DNA of 64,000 bases from an uncultured delta proteobacterium (lineage in GTDB: Bacteria; Desulfobacterota; Desulfobacteria; Desulfobacterales; B30-G6): NCBI GenBank assembly GCA_963823335.1, contig CAWGLD010000001.1:384001-448000 (forward strand). Direction: 5' to 3'. Position 1 is the first letter of the stretch. The number at the start of each line of letters is the position of its first letter. Made by a program: the position numbers and the translations under genes. Below the pieces are notes generated by a model. That model was not told where the DNA came from and did not search any database. It saw only the letters and a program-made list of their open reading frames with translations. Below are positions 9,223 through 17,742 of this stretch, one piece after another.

Positions 9223-10673
9223 AGGAACCCGTCGGAACCACAGGTCTGATACTCAATGAGCCCCTTTTGTGGGAAAAGGGCAAAAAAGGGCGCACGGGCT
9301 TCTCTTTGCCCAATAGCGATGTCCCGTCATCCCCGCTGGTCGAGGGGCTGATCGGGGAAGGACCCGATTTCCCCGATCTGAGCGAAGTCGATGTCGTGAG
9401 ACATTACACCCGTCTTTCCACCTGGAATTTCGGGGTCGACAGCGGCATGTACCCCCTGGGATCCTGCACCATGAAATACAATCCCAAGACCAATGAACGC
9501 CAGGCCTCGCTGCCGGGCCTTTCCCAGGCGCATCCCCTGTTACCGGCTGAACTGGCCCAGGGTTCACTCAAAATCATGTTTGACCTTCAGAAATATCTGG
9601 CCGAAATCACCGGGCTGCCGGCCGTTACACTGCAACCAGCCGCCGGTGCCCAGGGAGAACTCACCGGTATGCTCCTGTTTTACGCTTTTCACATGATGAA
9701 CAAGGAAAGAAGAACCAAAATCCTCATACCGGACACAGCCCACGGCACCAACCCTGCAAGCGCGGCCTTGTGTGGCTTCCGATCGATTCCCGTTGCATCC
9801 AATACACAGGGAGTTCTTTCAGCGGACGATGTGCAGGCCCTCATGGATGAGAACACGGCCGGCATCATGGTCACGAATCCCAACACTCTGGGTCTTTTCG
9901 AAGAGCATATCAAGCAGATATCTGAGGTCGTACATGCCAAAGGGGGCCTCGTATATGCCGATGGCGCCAACATGAACGCCGTGATGGGTATGGTGAACAT
10001 GGCCGACCTGGGTGTGGATGTCCTGCATCTCAATCTCCACAAAACCTTTTCAACTCCCCATGGTGGCGGTGGGCCCGGCAGTGGCCCGGTTTGCGTCACC
10101 AAAAGACTCGAGCCCTTTCTGCCGGTACCAAGGGTGGTCCAGGGCCAGAACAGATATGAACTCTCTTATGACTTCCCGGAATCGATTGGCAAGGTTCACG
10201 CATTTTACGGAAATTTCGGGATCCTAATTCGAGCCTATTCCTATATTCTTTCCCTGGGCGCACAACTGAAAACAGCGAGTCAGCTGGCGGTGCTGAACGC
10301 CAACTATCTGAAAGAGAGCCTGCGGGATATTTTTCACCTGCCCTATGACAAACCCTGTATGCATGAATGTGTCTTCACGGACAAACATCAACAGGCATAC
10401 AAGGTCAGCACCCTCGACATTGCCAAGCGACTGATAGATTATGGTTTTCATCCACCCACCATCTATTTCCCTCTCGTGGTCCCGGGCGCATTGATGATGG
10501 AGCCCACAGAAACAGAATCCAAAGAGGATCTCGATCGCTTCATCGAAGCCTTGAGGCAGATTGTCCAGGAAGCCAAAGACAATCCGGAACTGCTCTTGCA
10601 GGCTCCCACCAAGACCAAGGTCCGGCGACTGGACGAAACCATGGCCGCACGAAAACCGTGCCTGGCCGGTTAG
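9219..10673 (+). CDS. gcvPB: glycine dehydrogenase (decarboxylating) subunit B
   Basis: ATGA overlap with gcvPA stop; YPLGSCTMKYNP, AHGTNPAS, HLNLHKTFSTPHGGGGPG, EPTETES. Confidence 0.96.
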   Translation: MKEPVGTTGLILNEPLLWEKGKKGRTGFSLPNSDVPSSPLVEGLIGEGPDFPDLSEVDVVRHYTRLSTWNFGVDSGMYPLGSCTMKYNPKTNERQASLPGLSQAHPLLPAELAQGSLKIMFDLQKYLAEITGLPAVTLQPAAGAQGELTGMLLFYAFHMMNKERRTKILIPDTAHGTNPASAALCGFRSIPVASNTQGVLSADDVQALMDENTAGIMVTNPNTLGLFEEHIKQISEVVHAKGGLVYADGANMNAVMGMVNMADLGVDVLHLNLHKTFSTPHGGGGPGSGPVCVTKRLEPFLPVPRVVQGQNRYELSYDFPESIGKVHAFYGNFGILIRAYSYILSLGAQLKTASQLAVLNANYLKESLRDIFHLPYDKPCMHECVFTDKHQQAYKVSTLDIAKRLIDYGFHPPTIYFPLVVPGALMMEPTETESKEDLDRFIEALRQIVQEAKDNPELLLQAPTKTKVRRLDETMAARKPCLAG

Positions 10674-10677
10674 TCTG

Positions 10678-11442
10678 ATGCCGGGACAACACCCTCAGCC
10701 TCGGATCCAGCCTTTCATGTGTTTGGATCTTGAGACAATGGCCTATGCGGAAGCCTGGGACTTCCAACAGACCGTGGTCAGGGCCAAAATTGAAAAGAGC
10801 TTTTCCCGGGATCTCATCCTGCTGGTAGAGCATCCCCCGGTTTTTACACTGGGCCGCAGGGGGGGAATTGAGAACCTTACAGTCTCCGAAGCTTTTCTGA
10901 AAACATCAGGTGTCCAGGTCATTCAGGTGGAAAGGGGGGGGGACATCACCTATCACGGCCCCGGCCAGATGGTGGTCTATCCCATCCTGAATCTGAATCG
11001 TCAACGACTCGGCGTCACGGAACTGGTCTTCATGCTCGAAGAAATCATGCTCCGCGTTTCCGAATCTCTCGGCGTCCAGGCTGCGCGAAATCCCAGGAAT
11101 CGAGGTGTCTGGGTCGCTGACAAAAAGCTTGGCAGTATTGGCCTGGCTGTCCGGAAGGGAATCAGTTTCCATGGAATGGCTCTGAACGTCAATCTTTCCA
11201 TGACCCACTTCGAATGGATTCATCCCTGCGGCCTTACAAACACCTCCATGACATCCCTCGAAAAGGAACTGCCCGAAAAACCTTCCATGCAAGCGGTACG
11301 GAAATTGACCAAACAGCATTTAGCTGATGTGTTCGGGCGGTCTTTAGAGGAGATAACGAAAGCGCAGTTAGGAAAATGGATACGGAGCGAGGAAAAAATT
11401 AGGGTCCGAGGGTTCGAGGGGGATACAAGGGTTGAAGGGTAG
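10678..11442 (+). CDS. lipB: lipoyl(octanoyl) transferase
   Basis: EHPPVFTLG, RGGDITYHGPGQ, KLGSIG, HGMALNV, IHPCG; the last ~13 codons are read from a G-rich repeat. Confidence 0.93.
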   Translation: MPGQHPQPRIQPFMCLDLETMAYAEAWDFQQTVVRAKIEKSFSRDLILLVEHPPVFTLGRRGGIENLTVSEAFLKTSGVQVIQVERGGDITYHGPGQMVVYPILNLNRQRLGVTELVFMLEEIMLRVSESLGVQAARNPRNRGVWVADKKLGSIGLAVRKGISFHGMALNVNLSMTHFEWIHPCGLTNTSMTSLEKELPEKPSMQAVRKLTKQHLADVFGRSLEEITKAQLGKWIRSEEKIRVRGFEGDTRVEG

Positions 11443-11568
11443 CTATTCGCTTTCAGCTATAAGCGACAATAAATTACGCGCGTAGCGCTAATGTCGCACG
11501 TAGTGCAAATGACGCCCGCAGGGCTATAATGACAGCCGAAGGCGTAATATCGCGCGCAGCGCAAATGT
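11402..11568 (+). repeat. G-tract motif plus five-unit GNA-triloop mini-hairpin array
   Basis: GCGC-GTA-GCGC, GCAC-GTA-GTGC, GCCC-GCA-GGGC, GCC-GAA-GGC, GCGC-GCA-GCGC separated by AATGAC/AATGTC-like linkers. Confidence 0.75.
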
Positions 11569-11582
11569 TGTCCGGAGGACAA

Positions 11583-12449
11583 ATGTCACACAATCTGCCG
11601 AAAAAACCGGCATGGCTGAAGCGGCGCCTGCCCTCGGGATCGGATTATGAAAAAGTTCGCGCCCTCATCGAAAACTGTCATCTGCACACGGTTTGCCAGG
11701 AAGCTCATTGCCCCAATATCTGGGAGTGCTTTTCCAGGCAGACGGCCACATTTCTCATCCTGGGAGACCGCTGTACACGCAACTGCCGATTCTGCGCCGT
11801 TGGCCAAGGTCCCCAAGGGCCGCCAGATCCGGAAGAGCCCGGTCATGTGGCCTTGGCGGTTCAAGAATTAAAGCTCGCCTACGTGGTAATCACCTCCGTG
11901 ACCCGGGATGATCTGCCGGATGGGGGCGCAGAACATTTTGCAGATACGATTCAAGCGCTGAGGGACAAGTGCCCCGGTGTGGGTATCGAGGTGCTGATTC
12001 CTGACTTCCAGGGTAATCGTCATGCCTGGCAGACCGTTCTGGACGCACGACCCGATGTTCTGAATCACAACCTGGAAACCATCCAGCGTCTCTACCCGCA
12101 GGTCAGACCCCAGGCGGACTACACGCAATCTTTAGAACTGATACGGTATGCCGCAGACAACGCTCCTGATATTTCCACCAAATCAGGACTGATGCTGGGA
12201 CTGGGAGAAAGCAATCATGAAATCGTGGCGGAATTTGCAGACCTCGTCCAGGCCGGATGCCATATCCTGACCCTGGGCCAATACCTGCAACCCAGCAAGA
12301 ATCATCTTCCGGTGACCCGCTATGTGCCACCGCAAGAATTTGAGGAATTGAAAAAAATTGCCCTGGATATGGGTTTCAGGGACGTTGCTGCAGATCCGTT
12401 TGTGCGCAGCTCCTATCGGGCCAAGGAGCTTTTTAGCGGTACGTCTTAA
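11583..12449 (+). CDS. lipA: lipoyl synthase
   Basis: CQEAHCPNIWEC, CTRNCRFC, VRSSY; GGAGG RBS before ATG 11583. Confidence 0.96.
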   Translation: MSHNLPKKPAWLKRRLPSGSDYEKVRALIENCHLHTVCQEAHCPNIWECFSRQTATFLILGDRCTRNCRFCAVGQGPQGPPDPEEPGHVALAVQELKLAYVVITSVTRDDLPDGGAEHFADTIQALRDKCPGVGIEVLIPDFQGNRHAWQTVLDARPDVLNHNLETIQRLYPQVRPQADYTQSLELIRYAADNAPDISTKSGLMLGLGESNHEIVAEFADLVQAGCHILTLGQYLQPSKNHLPVTRYVPPQEFEELKKIALDMGFRDVAADPFVRSSYRAKELFSGTS

Positions 12450-12596
12450 GCGATAATGGATGCTCTTCACTCTTAAGTTTATCCTTGTGCCAATTTAAGT
12501 TATCCCGCTACTGGTAGCCATCGAATTTGTAGGGCGTGCTTCACACCTGCGTTATCAATAGGGATTTACCCTTTATGTCAAAGCGGATGACAGATG

Positions 12597-12699
12597 TATA
12601 CCGCTTGTCATAATACTGTTCTGAAAATAGGATGGCGGCATAAGGGGTTGTAGCAGAAAAAAGGTCCTCGATCGGAACGTTTTTCTGACAACCCCTATA
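12597..12699 (+). mobile_element. 103-bp TA-flanked MITE-like element, copy 1
   Basis: Near-identical to 54814-54916 (reverse) and 59715-59817; TATA at both ends; imperfect TIRs containing TTGTCA/TGACAA. Confidence 0.8.
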
Positions 12700-12828
12700 G
12701 CCCCCAGAAAGAGGGTACTATTTTGATTTGCAGATCCAACAATGAAATTCTCAACATTTGGTGCCCTAACCCTGTTGACTTTTATATCATTGAACGGTAG
12801 TGTCTTGTTAAGAATTGAATAAATTCAG

Positions 12829-14160
12829 TTGTATACGGTTAACAATGCCCCAGTGACAACTTTGACAGATAAAGAACGAAAAAAACGACCCCGCAGGTTT
12901 TTCCTTTTACACCTCCGGCCGCCAACTGTTCCGGAAAAAACACTGCAATTTTCACTCACCTGGGGGCTTGGCGGGATGGCTGTGGTGCTGGTGGGCATGC
13001 AGTTTGCCACCGGAATACTGCTCAGTTTTGTTTTTGAGCCGACACCCTCGGGTGCCTATGCATCAATTATTGCCCTCCAGAACGACACGCCCTTCGGACA
13101 GCTTGTTCGCAACCTTCATCACTGGAGCGCCAATCTGCTGGTGTTCATCGTCTTCCTGCATGTCATGCGGGTATTTTTTACCAGTGCCTTTCACGCATCC
13201 CGTCGATTCAACTGGATCATCGGCTGGCTGATGTTCGGGATCATCCTGCTTGCCAACTTCACCGGGTATCTCCTGCCCTATGATCAGCTTGCCTACTGGG
13301 CCGTTACCGTCGCCACCGGTATGCTGGAGTATATACCGGTCGTGGGCGCCAAGCTGCAAACCTTTGTACGCGGCGGGTCGGAGATCGGTCCCGCCACCCT
13401 ACGTATTTTTTTCGCCCTCCATACGACACTTCTGCCGGCCACACTTGCGGGGCTTGCGGCCTTTCATTTCTGGCGGATCCGTAAGGCCGGTGGAGTGGTC
13501 ATTCCCCGGAAGCCAGGGGAAGTGCCTACGACACCGGTGCGTGTGCCCACGATACCCCATCTGCTTCTGCGGGAGGTTGTCACGGCATCGGTGCTGATTG
13601 CCGTGGTGCTGTTCGTGGCGGTTTTTATCAATGCCCCGTTAGAAGCGCCGGCGAACCCGGGTCTCAGCCCGAATCCAACCAAGGCACCCTGGTACTTTGC
13701 CGGGCTTCAGGAACTGCTGCTGCATATTCACCCGACGATTGCCGTCTTTGTTGTCCCGCTTCTGGTACTTGCAATGCTGTTTTCTGTGCCCTTCCTGCGT
13801 TATGAGGAAGATACAGCAGGAATCTGGTTTGTCTCCCATAGGGGGCGGTGGATGTTGATCTTTTCAGCCGGTATCTCCTTTGCGATAACAGCGTTGTCAA
13901 TTTTTTTGCATGACTTGTATTTCGGAAGAAACCCTGCCGCATCTTCAATGCCTGCCCTCGTTGCCACGGGTGTTGTGCCGGTTGCGGTATTGATCGCTGC
14001 ACTTTCCGGCGCCTATTTGCTTTTGAGAAAGAAATTCTCGGTCTTAAAAAATGAAGCGGTACAGAGTGTTTTTCTGTTTTTGGTTGTCGCCTTTATCGCG
14101 TTAACCTTGACCGGGGCCTTGTTCAGGGGAAAAAATATGGCCCTTGTCTTCTGGGGATAA
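12829..14160 (+). CDS. cytochrome b (bc/b6f-type) subunit
   Basis: RNLHHWSAN..FLH and FALH..AFH His pairs, FTGYLLPYDQ, PNPTKAPWYF (PEWY-like); start codon uncertain. Confidence 0.88.
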   Translation: MYTVNNAPVTTLTDKERKKRPRRFFLLHLRPPTVPEKTLQFSLTWGLGGMAVVLVGMQFATGILLSFVFEPTPSGAYASIIALQNDTPFGQLVRNLHHWSANLLVFIVFLHVMRVFFTSAFHASRRFNWIIGWLMFGIILLANFTGYLLPYDQLAYWAVTVATGMLEYIPVVGAKLQTFVRGGSEIGPATLRIFFALHTTLLPATLAGLAAFHFWRIRKAGGVVIPRKPGEVPTTPVRVPTIPHLLLREVVTASVLIAVVLFVAVFINAPLEAPANPGLSPNPTKAPWYFAGLQELLLHIHPTIAVFVVPLLVLAMLFSVPFLRYEEDTAGIWFVSHRGRWMLIFSAGISFAITALSIFLHDLYFGRNPAASSMPALVATGVVPVAVLIAALSGAYLLLRKKFSVLKNEAVQSVFLFLVVAFIALTLTGALFRGKNMALVFWG

Positions 14161-14169
14161 TATCAATAC

Positions 14170-14703
14170 ATGTCAAAATCAACTGAAAGAGAGCGTCCTG
14201 AAACCGAGCCGAAAAGACGTAGTTTTCTGTACACGCTCTGGGCAGGTCTTGGTCTGGTTGCATTTGGCGAGATCATATGGCTGGTTGTATCCTTTCTGAA
14301 ACCCGGGAAATCCCCCCAAAAGAGAGGCGATTTTGGGGGTGTCATAGAGGCGGGGCCGGTGAGCGGTTTTAAACCCGGTTCGGTAACCGCCTTTCCCAGG
14401 GGCCATTTCTATCTGGCCCGTCTCGAAGACGGTGGCTTTTTGGCGCTTTATCGAAAATGCACGCATCTTGGCTGCACACTGCCCTGGGTCGATGCCGAAA
14501 AACGTTTTATCTGCCCGTGTCATGCATCCACATTTGATATCCGAGGAAGTGTCCTCAAGTCGCCGGCATCAAGGGCTCTGGATCTTTTCATTGTTCGCAT
14601 CGAAAACAACATTGTGCGTGTGGAAACAGGTAGGTTGATCAAACGGTCCGGTTTCCAAAAAGAACAGCTTGTCTACCCCCAAAATATCGAAAGTAACTCT
14701 TAG
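14170..14703 (+). CDS. Rieske [2Fe-2S] protein
   Basis: CTHLGC...CPCHAS; N-terminal KRRSFL followed by a TM helix (Tat-like anchor). Confidence 0.92.
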   Translation: MSKSTERERPETEPKRRSFLYTLWAGLGLVAFGEIIWLVVSFLKPGKSPQKRGDFGGVIEAGPVSGFKPGSVTAFPRGHFYLARLEDGGFLALYRKCTHLGCTLPWVDAEKRFICPCHASTFDIRGSVLKSPASRALDLFIVRIENNIVRVETGRLIKRSGFQKEQLVYPQNIESNS

Positions 14704-14707
14704 TGTT

Positions 14708-17002
14708 ATGAAGCGTTGGAAAATCACGGGAATAATTGCAGGCTTTGTCATTGTCGCCCTGATTCCGCTCTATGCCATGAGGTCGAAAGATTTCAAGGAA
14801 CGGGCGGCTGTGGCATCAGCGGGTGCCGCTTTCGTCGGTAGCGAGGAATGTAAGGATTGTCACCGCCCGGAATATGATAAATGGCGGACTTCTCACCACC
14901 GCATGGCCATGGCAGTGGCCTCCCAGGAGACGGTTCTGGGTGATTTCGATAACGCGGTGTTTGAGTATTTTGGCACAAAATCAGTTTTTTACCGGAAAGG
15001 CAGTCGTTTTTTTGTAAGAACCCAGGGCCCGGGCGGTGACATGGGAGACTTTGAAATCACCCATACTTTTGGCTGGTTTCCCCTGCAGCAGTACCTGGTG
15101 CCATTTCCGGGGGGCAGGATGCAGTGTCTGCCGATAGCCTGGGATGATATAAAAAAACAGTGGTATCACCTTTCCCCGGATCAACAGATCGAGCCGACCG
15201 ACTGGTTGTACTGGACCCGTAACGCACAGAACTGGAACGGTATGTGTGCTGAATGCCATTCAACCAATCTCGTAAAAGGCTACGATATGGTATCGGATAC
15301 CTATCAAACGAGCTGGTCGGAGATCAGTATCGGGTGCGAAGCATGTCACGGACCCGGGTCCCAGCATGTGGCCTGGGCAACGATGCCGGATATGGGCCGG
15401 CCCCGGGAAGAAAACTTTGCACTGACGGTCAAGACAAACGGGCTCAGCGCAAGACAGCAGATCGAGCTCTGTGCCCCGTGTCATTCCCGTAGAAGCTCGA
15501 TGAGTGATAATCCGCACCGCCTGGCCGATTTTATGGATTACGGGATTCCCAGGCTGCTCGCGGAAGGGCTTTATTTTGCCGACGGACAGATACTCGACGA
15601 AGTATATGTTTACGGCTCCTTTATGCAGAGTAAGATGTACGCCAGGGATGTCCGCTGCAGTGACTGCCATGATGTCCACAGCATACGCCGCATCAAGGAT
15701 GGCAATGCTTTATGTCTGCAATGTCACAAAGCAGCAGTATACGACAGTAAAGATCACCATTTTCACAAGAAACGGGGGGAAAAGGGTGATGCAATCAGGG
15801 ATGCAGACGGAGAAATTCTGTTTGATGTCGGGTCCGGTGCTCAGTGCGAACAGTGCCACATGCCCGGACGCCACTATATGGGGATCGATTATCGGCCAGA
15901 CCATAGTTTTCGCATCCCGCGTCCGGACCTGAGTACGCATCTTGGGACACCCAATGCCTGTAACCGCTGCCACCACGACAAGAGCAATGAGTGGTCTCAG
16001 GAGTATATGGTACGTTGGTACGGCACCAAACAGCGACCCCATTATGGAAGCATCCTTGCCGCCGGACGGGAGCATCAACCCGATGCTCTTGACAGACTTG
16101 TCAATTTGGCAGGGGATCGGTTGTACCCGGCAATTGCAAGGGCTACTGCCCTGGAGCAGCTTGCCGCCTACGAAGATCAGAAAAGCCGTCTTGCCTTCAT
16201 CCGGGCACTGACCGATGAAGAAGCCATCATGCGCCAGACAGCCGTAAGGAGGCTGAGCGAGCCGGACCCGTTGAAAATGCTCAGTCTCCTGTCGCCACTT
16301 CTTTATGATCCCGTGAAAGCCGTGCGTATTGAAGCCGCCCAGGGATTGACGATTTTACCCTCTGAGATGATTACCGGCGACCTCAGGGAAAGATTCAAGG
16401 GGGTTCTCGCTGAATATCGGAAAGCTGCGGAACATACCGGGGATTTTGCCGCCTCTCGCCATAACCTTGGGAACATGTATGCCAATCTCGGCCAAACTGA
16501 ACTGGCGGTGACACATTACAGCAAGGCCATCGAGATTGACGATCTGTTCTATCCGGCCAAGGTCAACCTGGCCGGGGTGTACAACCGTATCGGCCGGAAC
16601 AGCGATGCGGAAGTGTTGCTGCGGGCGGTTGTCAAACAGCATCCGGATTTATCTCAGATCAAATACTCACTGGCCCTCCTGCTGGCCGAGGAAAAAAAAT
16701 ATGAGGATGCTGAAGTGTACTTGAAAGCGGCGGTCTCGGAAATGCCGCAGCACGCAAGGGCCCGCTATAACCTGGGGCTGTTGCAACAACAGCTGGGCCG
16801 GGACAGCTTGGCCGAAATATCTCTGATGAGTGCCGTCAAGATAGAGCCGGACAACATCGATTACCTCTATGCCCTGGCTGATTTCTACCTGAAACGGGGA
16901 CGCTGGGAGCCTGCCCGCAAGGTTGCCCAGGAGATGATTGCCCGGCACCCGGATCAAAAAGTCGGCCACGATATCGTGGAGTTTGTCAGGAGACAGAAAT
17001 GA
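14708..17002 (+). CDS. octaheme c-type cytochrome with HEAT/TPR C-terminus
   Basis: Eight CxxCH (CKDCH, CAECH, CEACH, CAPCH, CSDCH, CLQCH, CEQCH, CNRCH); N-terminal TM; TPR-like repeats (HNLGNMY, YNLGLL). Confidence 0.88.
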   Translation: MKRWKITGIIAGFVIVALIPLYAMRSKDFKERAAVASAGAAFVGSEECKDCHRPEYDKWRTSHHRMAMAVASQETVLGDFDNAVFEYFGTKSVFYRKGSRFFVRTQGPGGDMGDFEITHTFGWFPLQQYLVPFPGGRMQCLPIAWDDIKKQWYHLSPDQQIEPTDWLYWTRNAQNWNGMCAECHSTNLVKGYDMVSDTYQTSWSEISIGCEACHGPGSQHVAWATMPDMGRPREENFALTVKTNGLSARQQIELCAPCHSRRSSMSDNPHRLADFMDYGIPRLLAEGLYFADGQILDEVYVYGSFMQSKMYARDVRCSDCHDVHSIRRIKDGNALCLQCHKAAVYDSKDHHFHKKRGEKGDAIRDADGEILFDVGSGAQCEQCHMPGRHYMGIDYRPDHSFRIPRPDLSTHLGTPNACNRCHHDKSNEWSQEYMVRWYGTKQRPHYGSILAAGREHQPDALDRLVNLAGDRLYPAIARATALEQLAAYEDQKSRLAFIRALTDEEAIMRQTAVRRLSEPDPLKMLSLLSPLLYDPVKAVRIEAAQGLTILPSEMITGDLRERFKGVLAEYRKAAEHTGDFAASRHNLGNMYANLGQTELAVTHYSKAIEIDDLFYPAKVNLAGVYNRIGRNSDAEVLLRAVVKQHPDLSQIKYSLALLLAEEKKYEDAEVYLKAAVSEMPQHARARYNLGLLQQQLGRDSLAEISLMSAVKIEPDNIDYLYALADFYLKRGRWEPARKVAQEMIARHPDQKVGHDIVEFVRRQK

Positions 17003-17247
17003 ACGGAAAAAACAAAAAAGCAGCACAGAACCGGGCAGCAGCCACATGTCGTACCGGCGGGTGGATCGCCGGCATGATCCTTTTGACCTTGGTTGTAACG
17101 ATGGATTGCCGGATCTGGGAAAATAACGCAGCGGCGGCAGAGCCAGACCCATCCAAACTGATTGGCCGGTGGTTGCGGCCCGATGGCGGATATTTACTGG
17201 AGCTGAGCGATCCCACCTCAGACGGCCACTTAAAAGCCGTCTATTTT
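16999..17247 (+). pseudogene. 5' half of a small exported hypothetical protein, interrupted
   Basis: Signal-like segment then LIGRWLRPDGGYLLEL...LKAVYF; probable continuation at 42441-42641; rest of the listed 231-aa ORF is patchwork. Confidence 0.65.
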
Positions 17248-17399
17248 TATCTTGGTCAATTTTATATCGGACGGATGCATTATGATATCCTCTCTTTATT
17301 ATTTCATTGTCACAAATTACCTGTTGTTAATTCATATTGGAAAATGCACGCGGCCGCCGAAGCCCGGCACCACATAAGTAGGCCGGGCTTCAGGGATTC

Positions 17400-17560
17400 G
17401 ATAAAATCGGGTTCGGCAGTTTGGGGCTGGCTGTGCTCGGGATACTTCCCGGCGAGTGCGGATTCGTCCTTAACATCTACGGGTGTGGCGGCGAAGTCGT
17501 GCACCCAGATGGTGTTGGGCCGCGGGAGTTTTCCGACCGCGGCTTCGTCACGGCTGGTAA
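17400..17560 (-). pseudogene. internal fragment resembling DUF4410-type lipoprotein
   Basis: GKLPRPNTIWVHDFAATPVDV..SALAG..QTAE; no start or end; family from recall. Confidence 0.4.
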
Positions 17561-17562
17561 CT

Positions 17563-17695
17563 ACAGAGTGGCGTCAAATCCTACCGGAAAACCCCTATAA
17601 AATTGCCCTGGATATGGGTTTCAGCGAGGTTGCCACCGAACCGTTTGTGCGCAGCTCCTATCGGGCCAAGGAACTATTTAAGGGAACGTTTTAAG
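17563..17695 (+). pseudogene. collapsed relic of gcvT-glyA and lipA (three collinear pieces)
   Basis: 15/16 nt match to 5861-5876; 27/27 to 6318-6344; 85/97 to lipA 3' end 12354-12450. Confidence 0.85.
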
Positions 17696-17742
17696 ACCTC
17701 TCAACCGGAAAATCCTGCCTGCCCTAATATCTTGCGGTCTGC

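Noticed and set aside
11472-11568. CRISPR array interpretation of the periodic repeats
   Set aside because: Period ~18 nt, constant part only 6 nt, variable parts are self-complementary stems; no cas genes
16999-17694. 231-aa ORF as a real single protein
   Set aside because: It reads through a truncated gene, an antisense fragment and gcv/lipA relics; treated as a chimera
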